Source: Octopus bimaculoides
Lineage: Eukaryota
Length of the DNA: 64,000 nt
Assembly: GCF_001194135.2 (NCBI RefSeq)
Contig: NC_068982.1
Location: 165,207,899-165,271,898 of the forward strand
Direction: 5' to 3'
Shown here one piece after another: positions 1-13,400 of the stretch (its first letter is position 1; the number at the start of each line of letters is the position of its first letter). Made by a program: the position numbers and the translations under genes. The notes beneath the pieces are model-generated. The model was given only the letters and a program-made list of their open reading frames with translations. It was not told where the DNA came from and ran no database searches.

Positions 1-2889
1 AACTGAACCGTTATGGATCAGTAGGGATTTTTCTGGTGTGAATATATGTTTAGTCACAGCATGTCTCTTCCAAACGTGTACTGGAATTCTTTCCACGGAT
101 CCTACCATACAAAAGTAACTGTTAATATTGGTTGCATAAGTGAAATTCTTGTTAGTGCTTATGAGATAGTTTGACTCAAGTAAAACTATATATGCATTCA
201 AGAACCAAAGTACACTGGTAGTCTCGATTAACCAGCAAATCAGTGATACGGTACATTACTTTCTATCAAAAGTGTTCATGAATAAAATATAAAATGTCTT
301 CAAAGCTTTGTATAAACTCCATTTATATGATTTTAAATGCATGATCCTTCTCCTCCCATTAACTAACTGAACTGAAACATAGAAATATATATCTATCGTG
401 CTGAAATACAGAAAAAAGTAGTTTACTTTATATTTTATTGAATATGTATTAGCTTGTATTCCTGAATATATTTGTGCCTATTTCATTTCAGCTGTTTTGT
501 ACGGAATTATTTCAGGCGGGGAGGTTTGAAATCATTGTCGAAATGGGAAACTGCATGTCACATATAACATTGTCAAGAATCTTTAATATGTAAGTGCAGT
601 GAAATATATACTAAGTAGAATCAGGCTATTGCATAGAAATCAGTGGCAATAATTTTCTATATTGATTTCTTACGCTGAGAATGGTCATAAGATTATTTAA
701 AAAATCGGTTCTTTCTCCTATAACGTATTTCAAAAAAATCAGGAAAAATAAATTTGACCATATCTCTATTTGGAATCAAAGCTAACTACAAGACATTTAA
801 AAGCAATAATTAGATAATATTTTCGTTTTCACTAGCTAGCCCTCATTTTCCGTTTTATTTTACTCCACTATTATTCATCAACGCCAGTGAGTGAAATTTA
901 TATGAAAGAAGTGACGGTGTTTCAGTTTTTGAAGGAATAAATAAGGGGATTTATCATAGAATATATAATAATAAATGACAGTTTTCTTTTGAAATTTACA
1001 CCTACACTTTAATTTTTTTTTATATTCAGCGTAGTAAACGTTAATCCGGAATACTCCTTTCTTCAGCGAATTTATTTAGTTACCCAATCGTCATATACTT
1101 CGTTAATGATAGCTAAGTTGTTACTGACACGATCAGTTTTGATGTCGTAATTGCTCCTGCTGAAAATTATCATAAATGTAGCTTTATAAAGAATGGAGAA
1201 GCTAACGTGAAAATAATCGTACAGGATATGCATATGGATTTTTAGGAGAATTCATAATGATCACTGTTCTTTTGGATAAAAGACAAACTAAAAATATTCA
1301 CACACATTACTAGAATTTATAGAACGGCTAGAATTGCAAAGAAATACTGACGAAGATTTTATGGGGAAAGAGATGAATATTTTAAAATAATTTATCCTAT
1401 CAATATAACTCAGGTAGAAAACTGCATCCCATTGCCTTTTCTAATTATTTCAGAGCATTTTAGATAATTTACTTGAAATAATTGATTATTATTCTGAAAA
1501 ATGACTGATTAATATCTCTGTCACTTCTTGTTCCCTAATCATTCAATTGGCTATCAAGATTCCATAAAATTGTTTATTATGTTTTGACTAAAGAAACGTG
1601 ACCGTTAGGGAAAAATAAATTAGAAGTATTTGGTGTTGGGATTTAAAACTATACTTGTAAATCTTTTCTCTTATTTCGATAGCATTAGTTAGATCAGTAA
1701 AGTTATAATTAATTTAAGACGTAAGACAGTGATATAAAAATAATCTCACAGGCTATTCATACATATTGAAACAGAAATTATCTTTCTCATGAGAAAGTTA
1801 TATTAGTCAATACATTACGAAAGTTACCTTGAGTAATTCATAAAATCGAAAGTTATATTCAGACTAAAAATAAGCTTTCTTTTGCACCCACAAAATTATT
1901 ATTAAGTAAGATAACTGATTTTTCCTATGGAATTTACTCATTTTACGATGTGAGAATTTGATGATGCATAAGATTACGAGTACCGCTTCAAAATATCCTT
2001 TACTGAAACTGAATGAATACTCTTTTTTATTTAGATAGATATTTACAAAGGAAAGGTATAGTTTCAGGACACTGATGAATGTCATTAACCAACAGTAAAA
2101 TATCTACCTACTGATACTAAGCTGTTCTTTTTTTTTTTTGTAATATATTTCTTAAACCAGAAATATTTACATCTAGATTCCAAGATTAATGCACATCTCA
2201 AGACAATATTACATATTTCAAGAAGCTTCTTTCTTAAAATTCTGTTTATATACACTAGTGCACACGTTCCATTCCAAATAGCATATACACATTCGCATAC
2301 AAAAGCATTTTATAAGAATATCTTTTACTAAAGTGCTTTATGTGAGCGTGTATGAGTGTATGTGCATCCGTGTTCGTATATGTGAGTATGTGTAAGTGTA
2401 AATTTGCGTCTGTGTAATCGATTGATGCTCAGAGAATGGTTCATCTGTTCATACGCTTATGTTCGAAAAGACGTGACATGTGGGGAATAAAATAAACATA
2501 AAGTGTTGATCATTCGATGAGCTTAGCCATTCAGAAATGCGACGAACAATTTTGTGTATGAAGCAAAGAGAACGTTAATATAATCAGTCACCTTATTCAG
2601 ACAATAAATCAGAAATCAGAACCATATTGAACTATCGACAAGCTACCAAATTCCTATTGAAGAACTTTGAAAATGAACGTTATAGCATGCCAGATGAAAC
2701 CTCAGTCTAACAATGTTTATCACGAAATACTGAAATATAAGCTGCTAGTTTTTCATGATTTCCATCGAGAAACATAATTTGCTTCGGTAAAATGCCAATT
2801 TTCAAATGCCAGTAAGCAATAAAAATGTTATATCTGTCACACACATATATGAATATGTATTCATATTATATCTGTGTATGCCTCTGTAT

Positions 2890-2979
2890 GTATACAAATG
2901 CATACATACATATATACATACATACATGCATACATGCATACATACAAACATACATACATACATACATACGTACGTACGG

Positions 2980-3012
<33 letters not shown>

Positions 3013-3030
3013 CATACATACATAGAGACA
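2890..3030. repeat. (TACA)n microsatellite
   Basis: Long imperfect TACA run; it explains the overlapping MYVC/HTYI ORFs. Confidence 0.95.
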
Positions 3031-6000
3031 TCAATACATGTGTGCAGCAGTTTAGAGATATATGAGTGAACAATCGATAAATATCACTGATATTCTTTTT
3101 CAGGAAGTTCGGATTTATTCTGAGAATATTACAGATTGAGGGAAATAATTTCAACCATCGGGCGAAGTGGTTATAAAATTATCAGATGGAATAATTGCCT
3201 CTAAAAGCACACGATGTCATCAGTTATCCCCTTAAACCTTGATTGAAAAACCTCAGGATAGAAAAGTACGAAGGAAGTACTGATACTTTTACTGGTTGTA
3301 TCTTATCGGTCTTTACAACTAGGCTCTCATAAAGACATAAATACACCAAACCGATTGATAATAGCAGGAATAAATGCGACACTCAAATAAATATTTTCAT
3401 GTGATTAAACATATCGACGAAGTGTATGATTGAATATAATTTTGAAAATATAACCCTAAACCAGCATTTGGGAAGGAAGGATTCCAGAATACGCTGTGAG
3501 ACTTAGAATTTAAAACAAAATGTGGTGTCAGGGAGATGGCGACATGGGATGAAATTGGTCGTGGTCTAGCTGAATTATACGAAAGCATTTGATAATGTTG
3601 TTCACTATGTTTGAAGCCCTTGAGAATTCGAACATTCCAAAGACCGTAATTGTAGTTATACTTTAGTCCTGATTCACCAGCGTGATATAAAGTACATGAA
3701 ATGATTCATATATTTATTGCTATGATACAGTGTCCCACAGGGGTATTTCAAAAACACGTCATCTCTGGGTTGCTGTTTATACTTTCAGTAAAATTGTCCT
3801 TTTATTTTAAAAGAAATCTAAATGGTACGTAGTTGACTTACAACAACCTAACCTAGTGATTCTTTATGGAAGAATTTTTGTCAGTTATTTAGTTTTCTTT
3901 GTGCTATTTTCTCTACAATTTATTTGATTAGCTAATGATTACTCAGGAGGATCATACACTCTAGCATCACTGAACTACATCTCGGTCCAGTATTAGGGTC
4001 AATATTCTCGTGTATACCATTCTACTAAAAATTGTGACACCGTGCCTCTGGAAAAACTCATTATTATATTTAAAAATCAATAATGCATTTCAGAACCCTG
4101 CTAATAGAATATTTGTGAGAAGAAAATTACTTTAGTTATTGAAAATGAGGCACATATTATCATGCAAAAGTAAACAATCATATGAAGAAATGTCTAAAAC
4201 CTGTTATTTCTAAATGGAAAAAATATTTATTTAAATTCAATAATATCCTATAATTACCCTACTTACTTGCGTAAGATGAAAAATGCAAATTCCTTAGCAA
4301 TTAACTTGTCTGACTCTCTAAAATATAATAATGTGCAGTAAATGTAATAAAGATAATTATATTCTTTCAAATTTAAATACACCAGTGGAAAATGTTATTA
4401 CTTCAATATGCTGAATTTTTAATTTGTAAGTTTGTTTTCCTTTTTGCTGTCTTTTTTTTCTATTTGAATATGTGTTGTGCGTGTGCGAATGTTAGGTAAT
4501 CTGAAAGAACCGTGGGTGAGCATGTATACGTTTGTGTATCCTGGTAATCAGTCTTGTTGTTTGTAGATGTTTTACCAGCTTTTTTTTTAATCTGCCAATT
4601 AGTGTTGAATATATTTTCGTTGTCTGTAGAAACAATTATCGATTTTCGTCTTACGACTAGAAAATAGTTCTTGTGTAATTGGGTCAATCTTTTATTTATC
4701 TAAAAAAAAGTCGTTAAATAAATTTCTTTGCATTTTTCATGCAGTTACATTTCACCTCGCACTTAATTAATCTCTTTTTATTTAATAATAAATACAAAGC
4801 ATCCTCATAATGAGATAATATATCAGATATGTTTAATATAATGAAATCAAGAGCACAAAATATACATTTTATTCTATTGGTATTTTTATGTGAGTATTAA
4901 AGTGCATATGCGTGAGAGTTATGCTGTGATATTTGCTCTGCTTTTGAAGTATATCAATATTAGACAAATTTGATATGTATTTGTATTTAAGCATTTTTAG
5001 CGTCAATACATAAACAGATACATAGCATTGGCAATAATAGCCTCAGGATAAATTTTCTTTCCAGTGAACATTTAACACAGGTGATGGTATTTTAAATATT
5101 TGTTTCTTTACCTAAATTAACCTTCATTCACAAGCGTTTTACGGTTTAACACGCCAGAGAACTTGTATATCCTTGTCATAACACACGAAAGCCAAGCAAA
5201 GATACTCAAATTACCTTCTCTGAATAATGGCGGTTAATTTTAAGTGTAATCATGATCACTCAAATATTAAGTACATATTTATGAATAAGTTTAGAAAGAA
5301 TTATTTCAGTTATATCATGACTTATTCTCAATATTTTCAACATCTAAGTTCTTTTCCCGAAAACTGCACTTTTATGGTGTATGTAGTTATGTAAATATAA
5401 ATTCCTGATCAACCAGGCTTCAAGTAAATGAATATTTTTTTTTTCAAATCTATCTGCTCATATATTAAACTGTTAGCTACATATTATCTTTAACACTTAT
5501 AACAGGTACAATATGGATCAACTCTGACATATTGAACTTATATACTTTCGTAATCCCATAAATCATGTTTGATTTCAATTTAAATTCGATCAATTTAATA
5601 TCTTACGGCCTATTTGTCTTTAAATTTCTTTTACTGAGCCAAAACTAAGTTTAAACCTTTTCAAATAAATCAATTGCGATATATCAGTTTCCTGGTGGCA
5701 AATTCGGTAAACGCTGATATTGGCTAACAAAAATAATAGCTGCAAGATTTACTGAATTATTTAACATACTGTTAAAGTTTCCAATATTCAGGATGTCTGC
5801 TGTATTGATGCAGATCTCTTTTCTGAGATTCAGCAACACAAGAAAAATGTATTAATTCCCGGAAATATGATGGCATGTGGGAAAACCATTTACATAACGA
5901 AAAAATTCGAAATGAGGCTTTACATTTTACTCAGAGAGAGCATAACTCACAAATCACTTAAAATTTTTCCAGTATATTAATATATGACCGAGGTTTGCCT

Positions 6001-6840
6001 TTTTACCTCGGATAAGCAAGCGGGACCCAGAAAATAGGCCGTTTTGGGAAAACTGTTTGGAGTTGAGGTACGTTTGCGAAATAAAAAATTTTCACAACTA
6101 TATCGTCAGTAGTTCATATATCCGAAAAAGAAGCAAATTCTAAAGTACTGGAACAGTGATATTTAGTTCATTTGTATAGATGATTTTAATTGGTTTCTTG
6201 CGTTTTATAATTCATCCAAATTCTATTCTAGTGATTCTGTTTAATAATGTCTTTCAACTCTTGTTCAGATGAATGCATTAACTTTCAATTGCCTTTACTG
6301 CCCCAGTCGGTTTCTTTTCCTTAATCGTTTCCATTCCAAGTTTATCTCTGGTGTCTAACATTTCTTTCTGAATCTTGCTTAGGTTAGTTTAGATTAATTT
6401 ATTTACTCGTAAATAATAACTCTTCATATAGAACTCCTTCAGCCCATATCGTTCACTGATTAATCTCCGAGTCATATCGCTGCCGGTCGCCCCTGAGAGC
6501 TTCATATGTACAAACTGCCAAGGTACTCACAGTTTCTAGTTTTTCTAAATCATAATTATATTTGGATCTGGTATTTTAAGGCCACAACTTCTGGTGTTTT
6601 ATGCATACACCATTTTGGGAGCCTTGCCAACGAAGTAGAACTTCCGTATTCATCATTGTGGTGTTGATAAAATAAAGGGCCAATCAATAACTTAGGTCAG
6701 TATAATCCGCTAATTTGCCTCTCCCTAAAATACCACCTCGAATATGTAACAAACTTACGAATAATACTTTTTATTTCGATAATCCATAAGGGAGAAAACC
6801 TTTTCTAATTAAAACTCACTCAAAGAAATAAACTATTGAT

Positions 6841-6968
6841 TTCAAACTTTGGCAGAAGTCCAGCAATTTCAGGAAGGGTGCAAGTCGATTACGTCGACCC
6901 CAGTGCTTAGCTGGTACTTATTGTATCGATCCCAAAAAATGAGAGGTAAAGTCGATCTCGACGAACAT
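6841..6968 (-). mobile_element. tRNA-derived SINE fragment (family A), 3' half
   Basis: GTCGATTACGTCGACCCCAGTGCTTAGCTGGTACTTATT...GGTAAAGTCGA core, shared with the copies at 20098, 32145-32815 and 39075-40101. Confidence 0.8.
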
Positions 6969-7171
6969 TTTTTTTTTTTTAAATAAGTTCCGATGACATA
7001 AATTGACTGAAGACTGATAAATATTATACGAATGCTGTGGCAAATGATTACTGGCGAACAATTCTTTTACCATACGATTGCTTTGAAATACACACACCAA
7101 TCTACATATATTCATATATATGTATCTCCATACCCCCTCTCTTTCTCTCTTTTCTTCTCTGTTTCTCGATG

Positions 7172-7203
<32 letters not shown>

Positions 7204-7681
7204 TNNNNNNNNNNTTTCAGTATACGGAGAGGATGGAGGGAGATGATTATATTTTTATAATTATAAAATAGAGTGAGTTATTTCTTTCGCCAAGGGTGGC
7301 TTTCTGTATCCGTTATGGCAAACAGACGAATTTAATTAGAAATGTGATTTAGGAGGAGGAGAAACAAACTGAAAAACACAATGCTTGCATTAGCTACTTA
7401 TAGGATTCTTTGATTAGTAACTGAAAAACAAACAGTAAGAATTTATAATACAGCGTAGGTAAATAATAGACGGAAGGTGACACAGTCATTTGTAAAAAAA
7501 CAATATATTTGAAGGCAGCTGTGTATATTTCAGCGTAGTGGTGGGTGGTGTTTCCTTGTCTCTATGTGGGTTGGAAATGCATATGTAATAATATTTTTAT
7601 AATCATCAAAGTTTTGCTATGCAGGGAAAACAGAAACGATAATATATAAGAATATAGCTGCACTCTGGTCATTCACATGTA

Positions 7682-8668
7682 TTGGGTCATCCCATGAATA
7701 AGGCGGACTTTGATACTTCTTTTATTTTTCAAAATAAAGATAAATTTCACGTTTAATCTAAAATATACTCTCCTTCATTTTCTACAATGCTTCTTCATCT
7801 ATCTGGTAGACTTGTAAGGCCCCGCTTCCAAAAGTCTCTTGTCCGTGACGAAAAATACACCTTCAGTACTGTTCTGACCTCATCTACAGAATTCATATTG
7901 TTTCAGTCCAAACGATTTTGAAGACTGCGGAAGAAATGATAATCAAATGGGGCAATATCCAGCTAATATGGTGAGTGGGGCATCGTTTCCTATTCAAACT
8001 GCTCCAGCTTTTGGAATGTCATTCTCACTGTATATGGCCGAGCAGTATCCTGATGAAAGACCATCTTTTATCTTGGTCGCTTTTCTTCTAGCACTGACTT
8101 AGGCCACTCAAACTACTCGCAGTAGATCTCCTTTGTTATCGTTTGGTTTGGTTTTAAAAGTTCACAGTGGAATAAACCTTTCATATTCCACCAAAGAGAT
8201 AACAACGCCTTATGGGTGTGAAGACCCTTTTTTGGCCTGGGGTTCCGGTGTTTCACCTTTCCCTACCTAATGTCTTCGGCGCTTGACATTTCTATAGAGA
8301 CTCCATTTATCGTTACCAGTCACAATTCGGTCCAAAAAGGGTCCATTCGTGAAAGGTGAGAGCAAAGAAGAGCACACATTCACTCTCTACGCGTGATTAG
8401 ACTCGGAAAGTTTGTGAGGAATATATTGACCCAGTTTGCTGACTTTTCCGATGATTGGTTGAATGACCAGATCCAAGTTTCTCATCTACTTCCCCAACAG
8501 TTACGATGGCATCTTGTTCCACCAGGGTTTGGAGGACGTCCTAGTTGAGCTCTACAGATCTTCTAGGACGAGGATTGTCTTCTAAGCTGTAGTTTCAGGG
8601 TCGGAATTTCTGGAATCACCGTTGACGCTGACTTACACTTATTGTCCGATCCCCCAAAACCGCATTCG
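7682..8668 (-). mobile_element. Decayed mariner (DD34D) transposon, 3' TIR plus most of the transposase
   Basis: Minus-strand translation across stops and frameshifts gives YIPHKL, DRIVTGNDKW, WWNMKG, FHQDTARP, DIAPFDYHFFRSL and ENEGEYILD* (stop 7753-7755). A TIR-like TA|TTGGGTCATCCCAT starts at 7680. Confidence 0.92.
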
Positions 8669-8693
8669 TATATATATATACATAGATACGTAC

Positions 8694-8737
<44 letters not shown>
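8669..8737. repeat. (TA)n-rich array between the mariner and the RTE 3' end
   Basis: Direct TA run with a few interruptions. Confidence 0.9.
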
Positions 8738-8740
<3 letters not shown>

Positions 8741-9172
8741 ATACCCAGGCATATTCCGCATTTTTTCTTAGGAGGGAGTAGCCACAAGACACACTAAACG
8801 TTCCATTCATTTCCCAGCTCAACCAGCTCAAAGAGGCGAGCCCCATTCTATGCTCGGATCAAGGCATAGAACGCAACGACCAATATCATCAGCGGGACCC
8901 GACAGCATATGCTGGTTTATCCCTGCCGTATTATGCTGGTTCCGTACCCCTTCAACAACATCAAATTCGCTCATCCATCCACAAACACTCCCCAAGCTCT
9001 CCTATCATTTATAAACTCTCGTTACTTCTCTTCACTCCAACACCTCCGACCAAAGCTTTCCTCACTCCATCCAGCCACAGAAACCGAGGTCTGTCTCTGG
9101 TTCTGCTGCCTACCACTTCTGCCTTCATTACCTTCTTTACCACCCGCTCTTCACCTATCCTCTCCTTTGTCG
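8738..9172 (-). mobile_element. 3' end of an RTE-type LINE (C-terminus of ORF plus 3' UTR)
   Basis: RIGEERVVKKVMKAEVVGSRTRDRPRFLWLDGVRKAL matches the G-x-R-x-x-GRPR-x-x-W-x-D C-terminal motif of RTE ORFs; the UTR runs into the (TA)n array. Confidence 0.8.
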
Positions 9173-9582
9173 GTTGCAATTTGATTGTTGGATTTTTAAT
9201 AATCAAAATGTCCAGAAATAGAAGCCTTTCACTGCTATATTCCATTTTAGATTGAATATTGCAGTTAATATTGTTCAGTGTAGATTTGAAGTCCAGAAGT
9301 TTATCATAGGTTTCATTCCAGATGATAAAGCAATCGTCTAGGTACCTTTTCCAGTTTTGTCTTCTATACTAGTGGAATGGGGTCCAAATCTTTGGAGCGA
9401 AAATTCATATGGGGTAGATTCAAAGAAACCCATTACTAGGTTCGCAAGGACAGACGCTGCTTTTGTACCCATCCCAATACCGCCTTTTTGACGGTAGTGT
9501 GTTTCATCGAATTGGAAGTAATTCTTTTGTAGGGTGGACTTCAGAAATTCAATGACAAAAGTCAAGTTTACGCAGCGGTTTA
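9173..9582 (-). mobile_element. Penelope-like element reverse transcriptase fragment
   Basis: NYFQFDETHYRQKGGIGMGTKAASVLANLVMG, then after a frameshift WKRYLDDCFIIW and MEYSSERLLFLDILI, all typical PLE RT motifs. Confidence 0.9.
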
Positions 9583-9592
9583 TACATACATA

Positions 9593-9643
<51 letters not shown>

Positions 9644-9802
9644 NNNNNNNNNNNNNNNNNNNNNNNNNNNNNNNNNNNNNNNNNNNNNNNNNNNNNNNNN
9701 NNNNNNNNNNNNNNNNNNNNNNNNNNNNNNNNNNNNNNNNNNNNNNNNNNNNNNNNNNNNNNNNNNNNNNNNNNNNNNNNNNNNNNNNNNNNNNNNNNNN
9801 NN

Positions 9803-9870
<68 letters not shown>

Positions 9871-10200
9871 CATGTATGTATGTGTAGATAGATAGATTTG
9901 TATGTGTCTGTGTGAGTATGCGTGCTTACATTTGTGTATATATATATATATCTATGTTTTAGAAGGGTACATGTGTGGAGCAGTATCAATATGTGTACGT
10001 TTGTCTGTGTCTGTACACGCATATGTCTGTGTATATGTGTGTGTATATGTATGTGCATATATGTATGCATGTATAAGTATATATCTATTTGTGGGGGTGT
10101 CTGGACACACACACGTGAGTATCCATGGCTGCCTGAGAGTGCATATGTACATATAAATACATATACTTCCACTAATACATTTAACTACATTTGGACATAC
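9583..10200. repeat. Compound (CA)n / N gap 9644-9802 / (TA)n / (TATG)n and degenerate microsatellite
   Basis: Visible repeat units and N run. Confidence 0.9.
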
Positions 10201-10542
10201 ACTTTTAGTACATAGATCTATATTGACTTTTGTAATTGTTGATGCCGTTCGCTAAATGGACACAAATGTAATTTTTTCCCAAATAAATTGCATTCCATAT
10301 ATGAGGTTTCCTTGAAGCTATAATGTGTTATTCAGGCACTCAAGTATGAGTCCTCTGTATTTTATAACAGAAACACCTGTAAACTAATGAAGTTCATGAG
10401 ATGAAACTTTATTCCTTTGTCATTTGTCCCCCCCCCCTTTTATTTTTGATGCTCTATACTATGCATCACTTCGTTTTGAAACATACGTATACTGAGTTCT
10501 ACATCGAGTTATTGAACTCGCAGAGCCTGATCGAAATATTAA

Positions 10543-11046
10543 NNNNNNNNNNNNNNNNNNNNNNNNNNNNNNNNNNNNNNNNNNNNNNNNNNNNNNNNNN
10601 NNNNNNNNNNNNNNNNNNNNNNNNNNNNNNNNNNNNNNNNNNNNNNNNNNNNNNNNNNNNNNNNNNNNNNNNNNNNNNNNNNNNNNNNNNNNNNNNNNNN
10701 NNNNNNNNNNNNNNNNNNNNNNNNNNNNNNNNNNNNNNNNNNNNNNNNNNNNNNNNNNNNNNNNNNNNNNNNNNNNNNNNNNNNNNNNNNNNNNNNNNNN
10801 NNNNNNNNNNNNNNNNNNNNNNNNNNNNNNNNNNNNNNNNNNNNNNNNNNNNNNNNNNNNNNNNNNNNNNNNNNNNNNNNNNNNNNNNNNNNNNNNNNNN
10901 NNNNNNNNNNNNNNNNNNNNNNNNNNNNNNNNNNNNNNNNNNNNNNNNNNNNNNNNNNNNNNNNNNNNNNNNNNNNNNNNNNNNNNNNNNNNNNNNNNNN
11001 NNNNNNNNNNNNNNNNNNNNNNNNNNNNNNNNNNNNNNNNNNNNNN
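10543..11046. other. Assembly gap (N run)
   Basis: Continuous Ns. Confidence 1.
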
Positions 11047-12451
11047 GAATCAGTAGTTCTTTGACTGCTATTTCTAAATTTTCAGTATGTTGGAGAAGCA
11101 ACTCAATGCTAATCCCTATATATTTATGATTATATATATATATATATATATAAAAATTAATATTTGTTTCAACGTTAGAGAATTATATAAACCACTGTTA
11201 ATCATTAGAATCAAAATATATCCTTTGACTGAAAGCGAATGAGCAAAGTTATATTGAATTTCAGGAGTAATATGGTTTGCTCTTTATTCTCAAGTCATCT
11301 GCAATTTAGCGGATCAGTAACAATAGTAAAAGATTTAAATTGGAACCTGAAAACCCATTTTTGTGAAAAATTTTATGAACGGATATCTAGTGTTGCAAAA
11401 CAGTGAAAAGCTGGATAATCTTTCCATTTCCTTTGTATATGCAAACTCACACGCTATTACTCAATCAACACCACCACCACCTCACACACATTTACAAGGA
11501 TTCATATAGCGAGTTAAATAAAATATCGTCTCTTCATCATGTTTTAAAAATATTTTCGCGATTATATTCATAACAGAATTGTTTCGTGAAAAAAATAAAT
11601 GAAGATTAAGTTTAATGAATAAACGTTTCAATTAATTAGAAAGCTGTAATATATTTTAAACAAAGAAAGTGACATAGTTATTGTTCATCAATTTTAGGCC
11701 AATTGACAACAGAGACTAAAGCGAACTTGAAATATTATTTTATATTATCTAATTACGTTTCTAACGTTCTCATTCCAGACACTGCCTGAATTAGTGTTGC
11801 CGAAACTAAACGCATGTCATTAACATATATTTTCAATAGAAGATATAGAGATAGTATTTAATCTGATGGAGATTAAATGCTACACTCTTACAAAAGAAAG
11901 AACAAACTAGACTATGCCTGAAACATTATAACAGTTTTAAGACAGATGGAAGGCGTTTGTTCTAAGTTCAACGGATGATGATGGGTGGGTGCTAGACAAC
12001 TGCTAGCAGTAAATAATATTCAGAATAATTTTCTGAGTATGATGGAAATGAGAAATGGAATTCCGGTCCGAATGAAAATAATGCAACTTAACACGTATTT
12101 TCTATGCTTCGTCTAAGAGAGAGGCTAATATTTAAGGAGACATCACATTCCTAACGGTCATTTGTCACATGAAACAACGATTGAATTCTGATGAAGTGAC
12201 AGAATCCATCATTGAAACATCTCCTGATGTCGTCTGGAACGCCGTTAATTTCCTAAATCTTTTAAACTTCATTTTATGACCCCTTTCCAACAGCTATTTT
12301 TTCTTCCTTTGCTTTCTCTGTCGCGCTACCAACTTCGCACATGCGTACTTGTGTCTTTAATGTGGGTATATATGATCATAAGCACACATGCATGCACGTA
12401 CACATGCATACACTTACGTATGTATATCTTGGAGGGTGTACTAGTGTAATA

Positions 12452-13138
12452 CAGCCTTGGCCAAAAGTATTAGGCCAGCCCATTGTTTTGGGATTCTGCT
12501 GTCTCAATGTTAATGAAACTCGTACATATGGTAGATTATGGTGTATTTCACAATATACATTATTTTTAATATCTGGCTGACCATCCTTTAGCATCAATTA
12601 CCGCTTTTATACGGTTAGGCATTGAATCAACTAGTTTCTTGCAGGTGCTAGGCGCAATTTTACTCCATTCTTCTCTCAAATTTTGGTACAAATGTTCTTT
12701 ATTTTTAATTATTGTGTTCCCGATAGCTTCATCAAGAGTTCCACGTAGGTGTTGGATTGGATTTAGATCGGGACTTTGAGCCGGCCAGTCCATGGCAACA
12801 ATACCCTCTGTCTCAAAGGATTGATGAGTATTCTTTACTGTATGACATGGAGCGGTGTCCTGCTGAAAAATAACACTGTGTTTCGACACTCCTGGGCGCA
12901 ATTAAGCAATTGATGGCTATAAAACATCTGATAACATAGAAACATAGGTAGCTAAATTCATTCTTCCCTGACATAAAAACATTTCTCCGTGTCATGTGGC
13001 ATACATGTAGGCTCACACCGTGATAGAACTACCCCCATGTTTTATGATTGGTACCAGAAATTCAACCTTAAATGCTTCCGCTACTCTGCAATACACTTAC
13101 TTCACTCATTCGACTTCTTCACATACTTTCATTTTACA

Positions 13139-13169
<31 letters not shown>

Positions 13170-13400
13170 CCATACTTTATATTTTTCACCCTATCCCTGC
13201 GTGTCATTAATGCATCTTCCTGCGACTGGGTATCTCTTAATCCTATTTAGTTTCCATGACCTGGAAGTTAGTTTGCAACATTCCATTACACTTCTCCTTT
13301 CTCTCCGAACCAGCATACTTACCGAAAATCGCATACCTCTCCATACCACACACATTTGTCTAATGTTACAAATATTATTATTCGGGATTTGATCTCAGCA
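12452..13400 (-). mobile_element. Decayed Tc1-like transposon (3' TIR plus catalytic domain), interrupted by (TA)n at about 13145-13169
   Basis: ORF 12566-12901 has IFQQDTAPCH and WPAQSPDLNPIQ...AKGWSARY*; upstream KHGG motif near 13040-13060; TIR-like TA|CAGCCTTGGCCAAAAGTATT at 12450. The part beyond 13170 is weaker. Confidence 0.88.

Noticed and set aside
2802-3154. Cluster of overlapping MYVC/HTYI ORFs (also at 9549-10215, 20974-21448, 45500-46696, 55305-56204, 63515-63900)
   Set aside because: Translations of stop-free microsatellites or of N gaps, not proteins.
5988-6011. CCGAGGT...ACCTCGG small hairpin and a possible decayed TE at 6000-6700
   Set aside because: A 7-bp stem is expected by chance, and the translated frames gave no diagnostic motif.
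12188-12221. CTGATGA...GAAACATC hammerhead-like string (also CTGAAGA...GAAA at 25060-25080)
   Set aside because: At 12188 helix II can form but helix I cannot; at 25060 helix II is only 2 bp. At best a decayed copy.
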